DNA from: a virus
Taxonomy: Duplodnaviria > Caudoviricetes
Direction: 5' to 3' (one strand)
DNA: 35,310 bases
Virus record (IMG/VR): IMGVR_UViG_3300049594_000559
Coordinates: 1 to 35,310 of that record
Of the stretch, positions 1 to 10,038 are shown in pieces. Position 1 is the stretch's first letter. Each line of letters opens with the position of its first letter. Made by a program: the position numbers and the translations under genes. Below the pieces are notes generated by a model that saw only the letters and a program-made list of their open reading frames with translations, had not been told where the DNA came from and ran no database searches.

Positions 1-51
1 GATGGACAACATCGCCCCAGTGCGGGCGGCGTTGTCGATGGCTGTCCGGCC

Positions 52-909
52 CTAGGCGGCTTGGTCGTACTTCTTGGCCATTTCGAGGAGTTTGCTTTTG
101 ATCCCTTTCCAATCGCGGTGGGTTTCGCCGGTAATCTCGCCGAAGGTCTTGTTACGAAGCTCGCCCTTGTACCAACCTTTGGTCCAGCCCAACCGGTAGA
201 AGAGGCGGTTGAGTTCTGTTTCACCCAGCCCGGCTCCGGGGCGATCCCAGCAACTCTTGGTTCCATCTTTTTTGCTGTAGTCCCAATCCGCACATCGTTT
301 GGTATTCACCGCGAGTTCCGTCAACCCCAGGACCATCATCAGGTATCCGACCACCTTGGTCTTGTTGAGCGTGCCTGCGAAAGCTCTGAATTCGATTCGG
401 TTCTTGCCCGCTGCCAAGTGGGTGAGATTCAGCAGGTGGTAGCGATCGGCTTCGCATCGGTTCTTCGCAGCGTCTTTGTCCCCGTATTGTTTGATCCTTT
501 TGGTGTAGATTGTTTGTTCTCGCCTGCGTGTTCCCGTGCTTGCGAAGATCGCTTTCTCGTGGTTGCCGACCAAGGAAATCAATCTGGCCAAAGCGGCTGC
601 GTCGCCGTTCCATTCGATCGTGATATGCAGACCGCAGCTTGCGTTGACCCGAGCGCCGTGCTCGTTGATTTGGTCGATCGCGTCTTCGATTTGTTTGAGG
701 CCTTCGTATCCCTTGAGCTTGGGGCTTACGAATTCGCATCCCTTGCGGTTAGGGCTTTCTGGTTTGATGCTCGAGTCGCGTTCTGCTCGCCAGCCCGTGG
801 GGAGCCAGGGTACCTGGTGTCCGTGGTGGTAGGGTCCGATCGGTGTGGTGTCGCTGTGGGGCAGGGTGGTTTCAAATTCGATTCCGAAGGCGATTTCGTT
901 GGCGTGCAT
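52..909 (-). CDS. Putative amidoligase (COOH-NH2 ligase fold) family protein
   Basis: Motifs FGIEFET, DSSI, CEFVSP, SCGLHI and RIEFRAFAGTLN are typical of phage-associated amidoligases. Start placed at ATG 909 (MHANEIAF); the ORF track extends to 975. Confidence 0.85.
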   Translation of the reverse strand: MHANEIAFGIEFETTLPHSDTTPIGPYHHGHQVPWLPTGWRAERDSSIKPESPNRKGCEFVSPKLKGYEGLKQIEDAIDQINEHGARVNASCGLHITIEWNGDAAALARLISLVGNHEKAIFASTGTRRREQTIYTKRIKQYGDKDAAKNRCEADRYHLLNLTHLAAGKNRIEFRAFAGTLNKTKVVGYLMMVLGLTELAVNTKRCADWDYSKKDGTKSCWDRPGAGLGETELNRLFYRLGWTKGWYKGELRNKTFGEITGETHRDWKGIKSKLLEMAKKYDQAA

Positions 910-1009
910 CGTGGTGTTCCTGTGTGGTACGAGGTGTGTTTTACGACTTGTTCTTTGCGTCGCGATGACACACATGAGCCATGCATTTCGAGGAACATCC
1001 AGCTAAGTC

Positions 1010-1043
1010 TTGCATGTTTTTTCAGCAATTTTGCATGTTTTTT
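1010..1043. repeat. Two 13-bp direct repeats TTGCATGTTTTTT in a divergent intergenic region
   Basis: Copies at 1010-1022 and 1031-1043 (21-bp period); inverted partial copy AAACATGC at 1086-1093. Confidence 0.7.
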
Positions 1044-1183
1044 GAGAGGCCACCGGTGCCCCAACATTACGCCACTGTCGCGTCTAAACATGCTTTGCAT
1101 AACCAGGCGAAAATGCAGCCAAAACGCGATAGTGCGCAAACGTTGGTCCCACGTTTTGAGCTACCAAACTTCGGAGATATGCG

Positions 1184-1390
1184 ATGAGTGAAGGTACCGG
1201 TCCAGTTGATCCAACGAGGCTTTCGATAGAGCAGGCCGCAAAGTTGCTTGCGGCTGCATACCGAGAACGGATCGATCCAGAAAAAATTCGCCTCGACTTA
1301 CAAAACGGTGCGCCAAAGAACGTTGACGGAACAATCAACCTCGTGCACTACAGCGCATGGCAAGCAAAGGAGATGGGACGTGGCGAGTGA
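1184..1390 (+). CDS. Small HTH-like protein, candidate terminase small subunit DNA-binding domain
   Basis: 68 aa ORF overlapping the terminase start; resembles the N-terminus of the next ORF. Confidence 0.6.
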   Translation: MSEGTGPVDPTRLSIEQAAKLLAAAYRERIDPEKIRLDLQNGAPKNVDGTINLVHYSAWQAKEMGRGE

Positions 1391-3650
1391 TCCAAGAAAA
1401 CTCAAGCCAAGCGAGCTGTGTCGTTTACTCAATTCGACGCCGCTCGGCGAGGTGATCAGCGAACGCCAGTTGTACAGGCATCGCCAACGCGCTGGCGCAC
1501 GTATTGGCGATCATAAAACCGTTGATTTACTTCGGTACTGCGCCTGGATGCATATCGTTCGGCACACACCTCCCACGACCAGCGGCATCGATCCGTACGA
1601 TGCGATGAAGGAACGAGCTCGCGCACGGAATGCGGCACTCGCGCTTGCTGGTCGTGATATCGGTGAACTGCCTCAGGTTGACAACCCAGAGCGTAAAGAT
1701 CGTGCAGCGCGTGACTTCCGGTACTTCTGTGAAACATACTTTCCGCTGACGTTTCATCTCGCTTGGTCCCCGGACCACATCAAGGTGATCGAAAAGATTG
1801 AGCAAGCGGTTGTCCATGGAGGTTTGTTCGCACTCGCTATGGCGCGTGGTAGCGGAAAAAGTTCGATCGCAGAAGTCGCTTGCATCTGGGCTGTACTCTA
1901 TGGGCACCGCAACTTTGTTTGTCTAATCGGGAGCGACGAAGGGCATGCCTGCGATATGCTCGATTCTATCAAAACGGAACTCGATAGCAACGAGCTGCTC
2001 TTAGCCGATTTCCCCGAGGTTTGCTTTCCAATCCAGGCCCTCGATGGAATCTCGAATCGAGCGAATGGTCAGCTTTATAAGGGTAAACGCACGCAAATCG
2101 GATGGACCTCGAAAGAAGTTGTGTTGCCAACGCTTGAAGGTAGTCGTGCCAGCGGAGCGATCATCAAGGTCGCTGGTCTGACGGGGCGTATCCGAGGTAT
2201 GAAGTTTAAACGACCCGACGGCAGGACGGTACGTCCAAGTCTCGTCGTGCTAGATGACCCGCAAACGGATGAGAGCGCTCGTTCGCTTTCGCAATGTTCC
2301 AATCGCGAAAGCATACTCGCCGGCGCAGTTCTGGGGCTCGCTGGACCGGGGAAAAAGATCTCTGGTATCATGCCCTGCACGGTGATTCGTCCCGGTGATA
2401 TGGCAGACAATATTCTCGATCGCAATCGTCATCCCGAATGGAATGGCGAGCGTACCAAGATGGTTTATTCTTTCCCCAAGAACGAAACCCTCTGGGAACG
2501 CTATGCCGAGATCCGGGCCGAAGGTATGCGCAATGGAGATGGAGGTGAGTCGGCCACCGAGTTCTATCGGAATAACCAAACCGCCATGGACGAAGGGGCG
2601 GTGGTCGCTTGGCAGGAGCGATTCAACTACGATGAACTCTCGGCGATTCAGCACGCCATGAACCTGAAGTTACAAGATGAAGCGGCATTCTTCGCTGAGT
2701 ACCAGAACCAGCCTCTGCCTGAGGAGACGGTCGTTGACGGTATGCTGAAACCCCACGAGGTCGCGAACAAGATAAATCGCATGGATCGTGGCTTGGTCTC
2801 GATAGGTGCTAACCATCTCACCACTTTTATCGATGTCCAGCAGAGACTCCTGTTCTATGTGGTCGCCGCATGGGAGGATGACTTCACTGGTTACCTCATC
2901 GACTATGGTTGTTATCCTGACCAGCAGCGTCCATATTTCACGCTGCGCGAGGCTCGTCAAACGCTGGGTTCCGAAGCCACCGGAACCGGACTCGAGGGAT
3001 CCATCTACGCCGGCCTCGAATCGCTAACCTCAAAACTTCTCGATCGCGAGTGGCAACGAGACGACGGGGCCATGATGCGCATTGGTCGTTGCTTGATCGA
3101 TGCCAACTGGGGGCAATCGACGGATGTTGTCTACCAGTTCTGCCGACAGTCCAAGCACGCCGCTGTGATCATGCCCAGCCACGGTCGTTTTGTTGGCGCT
3201 TCGAGTTTGCCATTCAGCGAGTATCGTCGCCGCCCAGGTGATCGCGTGGGACTCAACTGGCGCATACCGAACGTTCACGGCAAACGAGCCATCCGACACG
3301 TCGTCTATGACACAAACTGGTGGAAGTCGTTTGTTAACGCGCGGTTGCGTGTCGCGATGGGAGATCGCGGTTGCCTTTCGCTTTTCGGTACAAATGTTGA
3401 AACGCATCGCATGCTCGCAGAACACTTAACCTCAGAATATTTTGTAAAGACGGAGGCTCGTGGCCGAAGCGTGGACGAATGGAAGCAGCGACCGGAGCAA
3501 CCCGACAACCACTGGTTCGACTGTTTGGTTGGTACAGCGGTCGCGGCATCTCTGCAAGGCGTGATTCTTCCTGGTATCGATGGGAAAGTTGAGGTCCGTA
3601 AGGAGCGAATGAGCTTTACTGAAATGCAGAAGCGACGCCGAAATAAATAG
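1380..3650 (+). CDS. Terminase large subunit (GpA-like nuclease domain)
   Basis: Walker A MARGSGKSS, Walker B VVLDDPQ, nuclease motifs FIDVQ, IDANWG and DNHWFDC; located upstream of the portal. Start placed at GTG 1380. Confidence 0.9.
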   Translation: MASDPRKLKPSELCRLLNSTPLGEVISERQLYRHRQRAGARIGDHKTVDLLRYCAWMHIVRHTPPTTSGIDPYDAMKERARARNAALALAGRDIGELPQVDNPERKDRAARDFRYFCETYFPLTFHLAWSPDHIKVIEKIEQAVVHGGLFALAMARGSGKSSIAEVACIWAVLYGHRNFVCLIGSDEGHACDMLDSIKTELDSNELLLADFPEVCFPIQALDGISNRANGQLYKGKRTQIGWTSKEVVLPTLEGSRASGAIIKVAGLTGRIRGMKFKRPDGRTVRPSLVVLDDPQTDESARSLSQCSNRESILAGAVLGLAGPGKKISGIMPCTVIRPGDMADNILDRNRHPEWNGERTKMVYSFPKNETLWERYAEIRAEGMRNGDGGESATEFYRNNQTAMDEGAVVAWQERFNYDELSAIQHAMNLKLQDEAAFFAEYQNQPLPEETVVDGMLKPHEVANKINRMDRGLVSIGANHLTTFIDVQQRLLFYVVAAWEDDFTGYLIDYGCYPDQQRPYFTLREARQTLGSEATGTGLEGSIYAGLESLTSKLLDREWQRDDGAMMRIGRCLIDANWGQSTDVVYQFCRQSKHAAVIMPSHGRFVGASSLPFSEYRRRPGDRVGLNWRIPNVHGKRAIRHVVYDTNWWKSFVNARLRVAMGDRGCLSLFGTNVETHRMLAEHLTSEYFVKTEARGRSVDEWKQRPEQPDNHWFDCLVGTAVAASLQGVILPGIDGKVEVRKERMSFTEMQKRRRNK

Positions 3651-3763
3651 CACCTCAAGATTGAATCCGAAAAAAGTTTCTTTGCTATTCCGTCAATCTA
3701 GATTCCTTCCGGGTATTCCTACAGATAGAAGTCTACGTCTTCATTCTTAGGGTGGCCGAAAGC

Positions 3764-3961
3764 ATGTCAGATAACTTAGAAGAGACGATTCGCGAGAGTG
3801 CGAAAGCACCCGCCAAGGCATCGGGAGATGCCGGCAGCGTTGAGCAACATAAGCTCACTGAGCAAATTGCTGCGGACATGTATCTGGCGTCGAAAGAAGC
3901 TGCCTCTCAACCGAAGCGTGGCCTTCGATTCAACAAGCTTGTGCCACCAGGAGCGGACTAA
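3764..3961 (+). CDS. Small head-completion protein (gpW position)
   Basis: 65 aa ORF between terminase and portal; assignment from synteny only. Confidence 0.55.
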   Translation: MSDNLEETIRESAKAPAKASGDAGSVEQHKLTEQIAADMYLASKEAASQPKRGLRFNKLVPPGAD

Positions 3962-4033
3962 CCAGCTCGCAACTGATCGAGTTTGTTTCAACGATTAGGG
4001 GTGTCGGGTTCCGACGTAGGATGCGTTTCAGGG

Positions 4034-5521
4034 ATGATGAAGTTGTTGTCAGGATTATGGAGCATGGTGGGCTGGAGCGATAAACAATCGCTCGTCCGTG
4101 AACGCTCGTCCCGACACCCCGCTTCGGTGATGCGATTACGTGCGCGTTACGATGCCGCAGTGACCACCGATGATAATCGACGCCATTGGGCCAACGCGGA
4201 TGGGCTCTCACCTAACGCAGCCAATAGTACCGAAGTTCGACGAATCCTGCGGAACCGTGCTCGGTATGAAACGGCCAACAATTCGTATGCACGCGGGATT
4301 GTTTTGACCCTAGCGCATGATGTTGTCGGTACCGGCCCACGCTTGCAAATGCTCACTGGGGACTCTGACGCTAATCGTCGCATCGAGCAGGCGTTTATGC
4401 ATTGGGCCCGTTCGGTGCATCTGGCAGAAAAACTCCGCACGATGCGGATGGCTCGCGCCACGGATGGCGAATCTTTTGCAGTCCTCACGAACAATCCTCG
4501 CCTGAATACGGAGGTGCAGCTTGACCTGCGTCTCATTGAGGCCGACCAAGTCACGACACCCGATCTCGACCGACTATCCAGCAATGCGGTGGATGGAATC
4601 GTGTTTGATTCCGCTGGGAATCCCATCGAATACCACATTCTCCGCAACCATCCTGGGGATGGCTTTTACTCTGCTCGTAGCGACTACGATCGTCTGCCTG
4701 CCGATGCGGTCCTGCATTGGTTCCGAGCGGACCGCCCAGGGCAAACTCGTGGCATACCGGACATCATGCCGGCACTTCCTCTCTTTGCTCAACTTCGCCG
4801 ATTCACCTTGGCAGTACTCGCTGCTGCCGAAACTGCTGCCGATTTCGCCGGCATCCTCTATACCGATGCACCTGCCAACGGTGAAGCCGATGCTGCCGAA
4901 CCCTTCGAACCGATCGAGCTCGAAAAGCGAGCCCTGGTGACCATGCCAGGCGGTTGGAAGATGGCTCAGATGCAGGCCGAGCAACCATCAACGACTTATG
5001 GGGAGTTCAAACATGAGTTGCTCAATGAAATCGCACGCTGTTTGAATATGCCCTTTAACGTCGCTGCGGGCAACAGCTCGGGCTACAACTACGCCTCCGG
5101 TCGGCTCGACCATCAAACTTATTACAAGGCTATTCGGGTCGATCAATCGCACCTGGAGCGAGCGGTACTCGATCGGATTCTCGCCGCTTGGCTTGATGAA
5201 GCCGCGCTCTTGCCTGACTTGCTTCCAACGGGATTAGGTCCCTTCGCTCGCTGGCCCCATCAATGGTTCTGGGATGGGCACGAACATGTGGACCCAGCCA
5301 AGGAAGCTAACGCCCAAGCGACTCGCTTAGCCAGTCACACGACCACCTTGGCGGACGAATATGCCAAACGAGGTCAGGACTGGGAAACACAACTTCGTCA
5401 ACGCGCGAAGGAAATCGCACTTATGTCGGAGCTTGGTTTAGCTATCGACACGGTTACTCCCAACACGAATCAGGAAGATGCAGATGTCCAAGACGAGGAA
5501 GTCCCAGCCGATGACGCTTAA
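4034..5521 (+). CDS. Phage portal protein, lambda family
   Basis: Motifs LRNRARYETANNSYARG, DGESF, RPGQTRGIP, NYASGR and HVDPAKEA. Start uncertain (3983, 4034 or 4130). Confidence 0.92.
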   Translation: MMKLLSGLWSMVGWSDKQSLVRERSSRHPASVMRLRARYDAAVTTDDNRRHWANADGLSPNAANSTEVRRILRNRARYETANNSYARGIVLTLAHDVVGTGPRLQMLTGDSDANRRIEQAFMHWARSVHLAEKLRTMRMARATDGESFAVLTNNPRLNTEVQLDLRLIEADQVTTPDLDRLSSNAVDGIVFDSAGNPIEYHILRNHPGDGFYSARSDYDRLPADAVLHWFRADRPGQTRGIPDIMPALPLFAQLRRFTLAVLAAAETAADFAGILYTDAPANGEADAAEPFEPIELEKRALVTMPGGWKMAQMQAEQPSTTYGEFKHELLNEIARCLNMPFNVAAGNSSGYNYASGRLDHQTYYKAIRVDQSHLERAVLDRILAAWLDEAALLPDLLPTGLGPFARWPHQWFWDGHEHVDPAKEANAQATRLASHTTTLADEYAKRGQDWETQLRQRAKEIALMSELGLAIDTVTPNTNQEDADVQDEEVPADDA

Positions 5522-7514
5522 GCCCGAGCCTAACCAAAACCAATTGAGCATCTCCGCCACAGCGGTCTTCGACATTGATGCAGCAGCTGATGGTTCGTCC
5601 GCAGCAGCGCTCCCCAAGTTCCGCATGGTGGCTTACACCGGTGGCCCGATGCGTGTGGCTGGATGGCGACATCCCGTAATTATCGATCTAGCTGGTTTGT
5701 CAATCCCATCGCAGGCTCGGCCCATCCGATTTGGTCATGATCCACTTTCGGGTGTTGGGCACACCGATGCAATTCGTGTGGAAGGTGGCCAACTCATCGC
5801 CACTGGGATTGTCTCACGCGACACACCAGCGGCCCGGGAAGTTGTAGTGAGTTCCAAAAATGGCTTCCCTTGGCAAGCCTCTGTCGGCGCTGGTGTGGAA
5901 GAGTTCGAGTTCGTGAAGGAAGGCCTGAAGGTTACCGTAAACGGCACGCAGTACAACGGTCCCGTCAATGTAGTCCGCAAATCCTCGCTTGGTGAAATCA
6001 GCTTTGTAGATCTTGGTGCCGACGGAGCAACGAGCGCGAGTGTCGCCGCTCAGGCATCTGTACCCCCTGGAGACCCCGACATGGACGATTCGCAAACCTC
6101 AACTCAAGGCGATACCGCTACGACGCCGACGACACCGGTCACACCGACTCCCGCAACCGCACCCACAATTGCCGCTCAACACGACGTCAACGCAGCAATC
6201 GAAGAGATGCGACGTGCGCATGCCACCGAGCTGGAACGTATCGCTGCGATTCGTCGGCTTTATAGCGGCGCTCTCCCGAGCGTAGAAGCTCGCGCGATCC
6301 GCGAGGGCTGGAACCTGGAAAAGGCTGAACTGGAAAAGATTCGTGCGATGCGCCCCGAGGTACCAGCCATCCATATCCAGCAAAATGCTATCAACTCAAG
6401 TGTGCTGGAAGCGGCTTGTTATCTTTCTGCTGGCCTGACGAACATTGAAGAGGTCACTGAAGAGCAAGCGCTGGATGTGGCCAATCGCCGATTCCGTGGC
6501 GGGATCGGACTGCAGGAACTCTTGCTGGAAGCTGCATGGGCCAATGGTTATTCCGGTCGCAACTTCCGCGACCATCGAGCCGTTATGCGGGCCGCTTTTG
6601 GGAACAGGATCGAGGCCAGCTCGGTGAGCAACATTGATATTGGAGCCATCCTGGCTAACGTCGCCAACAAGTTTCTGCTGGATGGTTTTTTCCATGTAGA
6701 GCGTACTTGGCGCAATATTTGTGCGGTGCGCAACGTGTCGGACTTCAAGACGGTTACCAGTTACCGGTTGATCGGTAAGGACCAATACGAATTGGTCGCC
6801 CCAGGGGGTGAGATCAAACACGGAAACCTTGGTAATGAAAGTTACACCAACAAGGCCGACACCTATGCTCTGATGTTATCCGTAGATCGGCGCGACATCA
6901 TTAACGACGATCTCGGTGCGATCACTACCGTTCCACGTAAGCTGGGGCGTGGTTCGGGCCTAAAGATTAATGACGTGTTCTGGACTACGTTCATGAACAA
7001 CTCGGCATTCTTTTCGGCCGGCAATAAGAACTTTCTAGCAGGCACCGACACGGTTCTTTCCATCGATGGATTGACGAAAGCAGAAGTCGCTTACTACGAC
7101 ATGGTTGACTCCGATGGCAAACCTATCGGTACCATGCCAGCGATTGTAGTGGTCCCCACCGCACTTTCAGCCATTGGTTCGCAGTTATACAAATCGACGG
7201 AAATGAAGGACAACACGCCTAACGCTCGTGTCCCTATCACCAATCCTCATAACGGCAAATTCCGTGTTGAGGTAAGTCGTTATTTGAGCAATTCCAATTA
7301 CGTCGGCAACTCTGCGAAGGCGTGGTATCTGCTTTCCGATCCAAACGACCTCCCCTTGATTGAAGTCGCTTTTCTCAACGGTCAAGAAGCTCCGACCATC
7401 GAAACGGCCGAAGCCGACTTCAATGTTCTCGGTGTGCAGATGCGAGGCTACCACGACTTCGGTGCCAGCCTTCAAGATACACGCGCTGCTATCAAGAGTA
7501 AGGGTGAAGCCTAA
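5478..7514 (+). CDS. Prohead protease-major capsid fusion protein (Mu gpT-like capsid domain)
   Basis: N-terminal protease-like region (AYTGG, H-D, FPWQASVG, EISFV), Thr/Pro-rich linker, and capsid domain (VSDFK, IINDDLGA, AWYLLSDP, FLNGQEAP). Alternative start 5511. Confidence 0.88.
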   Translation: MQMSKTRKSQPMTLKPEPNQNQLSISATAVFDIDAAADGSSAAALPKFRMVAYTGGPMRVAGWRHPVIIDLAGLSIPSQARPIRFGHDPLSGVGHTDAIRVEGGQLIATGIVSRDTPAAREVVVSSKNGFPWQASVGAGVEEFEFVKEGLKVTVNGTQYNGPVNVVRKSSLGEISFVDLGADGATSASVAAQASVPPGDPDMDDSQTSTQGDTATTPTTPVTPTPATAPTIAAQHDVNAAIEEMRRAHATELERIAAIRRLYSGALPSVEARAIREGWNLEKAELEKIRAMRPEVPAIHIQQNAINSSVLEAACYLSAGLTNIEEVTEEQALDVANRRFRGGIGLQELLLEAAWANGYSGRNFRDHRAVMRAAFGNRIEASSVSNIDIGAILANVANKFLLDGFFHVERTWRNICAVRNVSDFKTVTSYRLIGKDQYELVAPGGEIKHGNLGNESYTNKADTYALMLSVDRRDIINDDLGAITTVPRKLGRGSGLKINDVFWTTFMNNSAFFSAGNKNFLAGTDTVLSIDGLTKAEVAYYDMVDSDGKPIGTMPAIVVVPTALSAIGSQLYKSTEMKDNTPNARVPITNPHNGKFRVEVSRYLSNSNYVGNSAKAWYLLSDPNDLPLIEVAFLNGQEAPTIETAEADFNVLGVQMRGYHDFGASLQDTRAAIKSKGEA

Positions 7515-7574
7515 GCCTTGGTCAGCCCTTTTTCATTGCCAACTTACGATTCAACTAACGAGGTTTAAGAAGTC

Positions 7575-7904
7575 ATGCCACAAGCAACATTTATCCAAGA
7601 AGGCCATAACATCGATCACACACCTGTGGGTGCCTTGGCATCGGGAGATGTCGTGGTCCAGGGTGATTTAGTGGGTGTCACCCTTCGTCCCATCGCTGCG
7701 GGGGAATTAGGTTCGCTGGCCGTCGAGGGAATCTTCGACTTCAACAAAAACACCGGGGTCGCATTTACGGTGGGAACGATCCTGTTCTGGGACGACACCA
7801 ACAACGTTGTGACCACAACTTCCGCCGGAAATAAGTCGATCGGTAAGGTAGTTCGCGCGGCGGCTTTAGCAGATCCGACTGTTCGCATACGACTGAGCCA
7901 ATAG
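7575..7904 (+). CDS. DUF2190-family capsid decoration/cement protein
   Basis: 109 aa directly after the capsid gene; FIQEG..IDHTP, GDVVV and VEGIFDF pattern. Confidence 0.8.
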   Translation: MPQATFIQEGHNIDHTPVGALASGDVVVQGDLVGVTLRPIAAGELGSLAVEGIFDFNKNTGVAFTVGTILFWDDTNNVVTTTSAGNKSIGKVVRAAALADPTVRIRLSQ

Positions 7905-7966
7905 CCCAACATCATGTCTCGATGGTGACCCTAACAAATTCTTTCTCTTTTACTGTAGGAATAAGT

Positions 7967-9214
7967 ATGAAAACAAAGTTGCTGTCGTTCATTTCCGTAG
8001 TAGTTATTTGCCTTGGCAGCGGCTCGTTCGCCCAAGAGAAAATCTGTATTGATGGCCAATGTCAATCGCGTCCGGGTTTGGCCAATACCATCGTACTAGA
8101 CCCGTTACGAGAGCAACTGACGCTTGTTGGGCGACAGACGAAAGTCACTTCCGCAGTAGCGTCAGGGGATCGTTTCGAAAAGGTGATTCAAGCCACGGTG
8201 CGTGTGACGGTCAGCGGTGTTTGCGGTAGTGGCACGGTTGTCGGCCGTAGCCAGGAAGGCAATGCGATCGTTCTTACGAACGCCCATGTGGCCGGCACCA
8301 CTCGCGGCCGATCGGTCAATGTGGAACGCTGGAATACCAATGGGACAAGCGAGAAAGGGACGGGCACGATCATTGCTTCGGGCTATGGTCGAGGGACTAG
8401 TGTCGATTTCGCTCTGCTCAAATGCAACGAAGCGTTTGCTAAGGACGTTGACCCGATCCCACTAGCGGATCGCTACCCCAACAATCAATCTTCTGTAACA
8501 ACATTTGGTTGCCCGCGTTGCGAATGGCCCAGCTTGCAGGTTCTCCGACTCAATCGCAAAGAAGGTCAGATCCTTTCCTGGAAACCGGAGGCCGTCGGAG
8601 GTCGTAGCGGTTCGAGCTTAATCGACTATACCGACGAAGGACCGCGAGTTGTGGGACTACTGACTTGGGCAGGTGGTGGTGAAGGCCTAGGACAATCAAC
8701 ACCGTTTTTGCTTAGTGCGATGCGCGGGAAACTACCGACAACTTTGGAAGCCTTGCCTGCAGGTGCAAAGGAAGTGAGTGCCCAAACGAAGGAACTCTCT
8801 GTGCTCGCCCAAGTACCTTCCACAACCCAAGGCAAACCGCTGAAGTGGCCAATGCCCTTAGTAGCCAATACTCAAGTGCAGGACGATGTCATCGACTCCA
8901 TCATTGAACGTCCGCGAATCAAGCCAGCCCCTCAAGAACCGGACGATTCCGGATTATTGCGGGATCAGTTACGCCCCAGCCTTCCCTGGACACCGACGGG
9001 ATTGGTCGCTACTTCGGCTGCTTCCAGTATCTTGCTCTTTTTGACGCTGCAATATGGTTTACCACTCGCACTGCAAGCGATTCGCAACATTCGCAAGTCC
9101 CGTGGTAACACGCTGCTCAACGATGAGCAATTCAAGCAGTTGATGGACCAATACCAACAACTGCTCAAACTCATGGAGCAAAACAGCAAGCCACCACCGA
9201 ACATCAAAACTTAA
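7967..9214 (+). CDS. Secreted or membrane-anchored trypsin-like serine protease
   Basis: Signal peptide MKTKLLSFISVVVICLG; catalytic motifs LTNAHV, DFALL and GRSGS; hydrophobic segment near the C-terminus. Confidence 0.85.
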   Translation: MKTKLLSFISVVVICLGSGSFAQEKICIDGQCQSRPGLANTIVLDPLREQLTLVGRQTKVTSAVASGDRFEKVIQATVRVTVSGVCGSGTVVGRSQEGNAIVLTNAHVAGTTRGRSVNVERWNTNGTSEKGTGTIIASGYGRGTSVDFALLKCNEAFAKDVDPIPLADRYPNNQSSVTTFGCPRCEWPSLQVLRLNRKEGQILSWKPEAVGGRSGSSLIDYTDEGPRVVGLLTWAGGGEGLGQSTPFLLSAMRGKLPTTLEALPAGAKEVSAQTKELSVLAQVPSTTQGKPLKWPMPLVANTQVQDDVIDSIIERPRIKPAPQEPDDSGLLRDQLRPSLPWTPTGLVATSAASSILLFLTLQYGLPLALQAIRNIRKSRGNTLLNDEQFKQLMDQYQQLLKLMEQNSKPPPNIKT

Positions 9215-9226
9215 GCGGAGGATTTT

Positions 9227-9607
9227 ATGGCAGACCTACTTCGCTTAGGGCAAGAGTGGCTCGCTAAACAGCTCAAGACACATGCGTCCAAAACGGTTGT
9301 CTACGTTAGGGGAGCCAACCAGACAAGCGTCACGGCCATCATCGGACGGACGCTACTCAAACTCGAAGATGGTTACGGTGGAGTCCACATGCAATGGACC
9401 GATCGTGATTTTCTTATTCCACCTGACGAACTGGTGCTCGCCGGCTCGCAGGTTGTACCGGAGCGTGGTGACACGATTCGCGAAGCCGAAAACGGCAAGA
9501 TTTACGTCTATGAGGTCAACGTTCCCGGAAGCGAACCAACTTGGCGGTGGTCCGATCCCCACCGAAGACTGCTTCGAATCCACACCAAACAGATTGGGAT
9601 TGAATAA
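9227..9607 (+). CDS. Head-tail joining protein (putative)
   Basis: Strong SD (GGAGG); size, position and PERGDTI motif. Confidence 0.65.
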   Translation: MADLLRLGQEWLAKQLKTHASKTVVYVRGANQTSVTAIIGRTLLKLEDGYGGVHMQWTDRDFLIPPDELVLAGSQVVPERGDTIREAENGKIYVYEVNVPGSEPTWRWSDPHRRLLRIHTKQIGIE

Positions 9608-10035
9608 TGCCCGCCAATATCGTCGCTATCGCAGATGCCGTGACCGCTGAGCTGAATGGAAACTCATTCAGCCAGCCGTTTACGGCCCAGCGGCTTTATC
9701 TACCGGTCTTCGATCTTCAGTCGATGTCTGAATTGAAGGTAACGGTTGTCCCAAAAGGCATCACCACTTCGTCGCTCGATCGGTCGCGCGACAACTTTGA
9801 TTACCAGATCGACGTAGCAGTCCAAAAGAAAACACCCAACGAAATCGAAATCATCGATTCGCTGATGCTCTTGGTCGAGGAGATCGGCGATCACTTCCGT
9901 TCCAATCCACTAGCGAGTTATCCAGGTGCCCGCTGCACTGGCGTTGAAAATACACCGGTCTATGCACCTGACCATTTGTTAGAACTGCGGCAATTCACCA
10001 GCGTCCTGACTCTCACGTTTCGGCTTTGGAGATAA
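9607..10035 (+). CDS. Tail terminator-like protein (putative)
   Basis: Translationally coupled to the previous gene; size and synteny. Confidence 0.55.
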   Translation: MPANIVAIADAVTAELNGNSFSQPFTAQRLYLPVFDLQSMSELKVTVVPKGITTSSLDRSRDNFDYQIDVAVQKKTPNEIEIIDSLMLLVEEIGDHFRSNPLASYPGARCTGVENTPVYAPDHLLELRQFTSVLTLTFRLWR

Positions 10036-10038
10036 AAG

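Noticed and set aside
61-1191. 376-aa plus-strand ORF
   Set aside because: Antisense shadow of the amidoligase gene, with no recognisable motifs.
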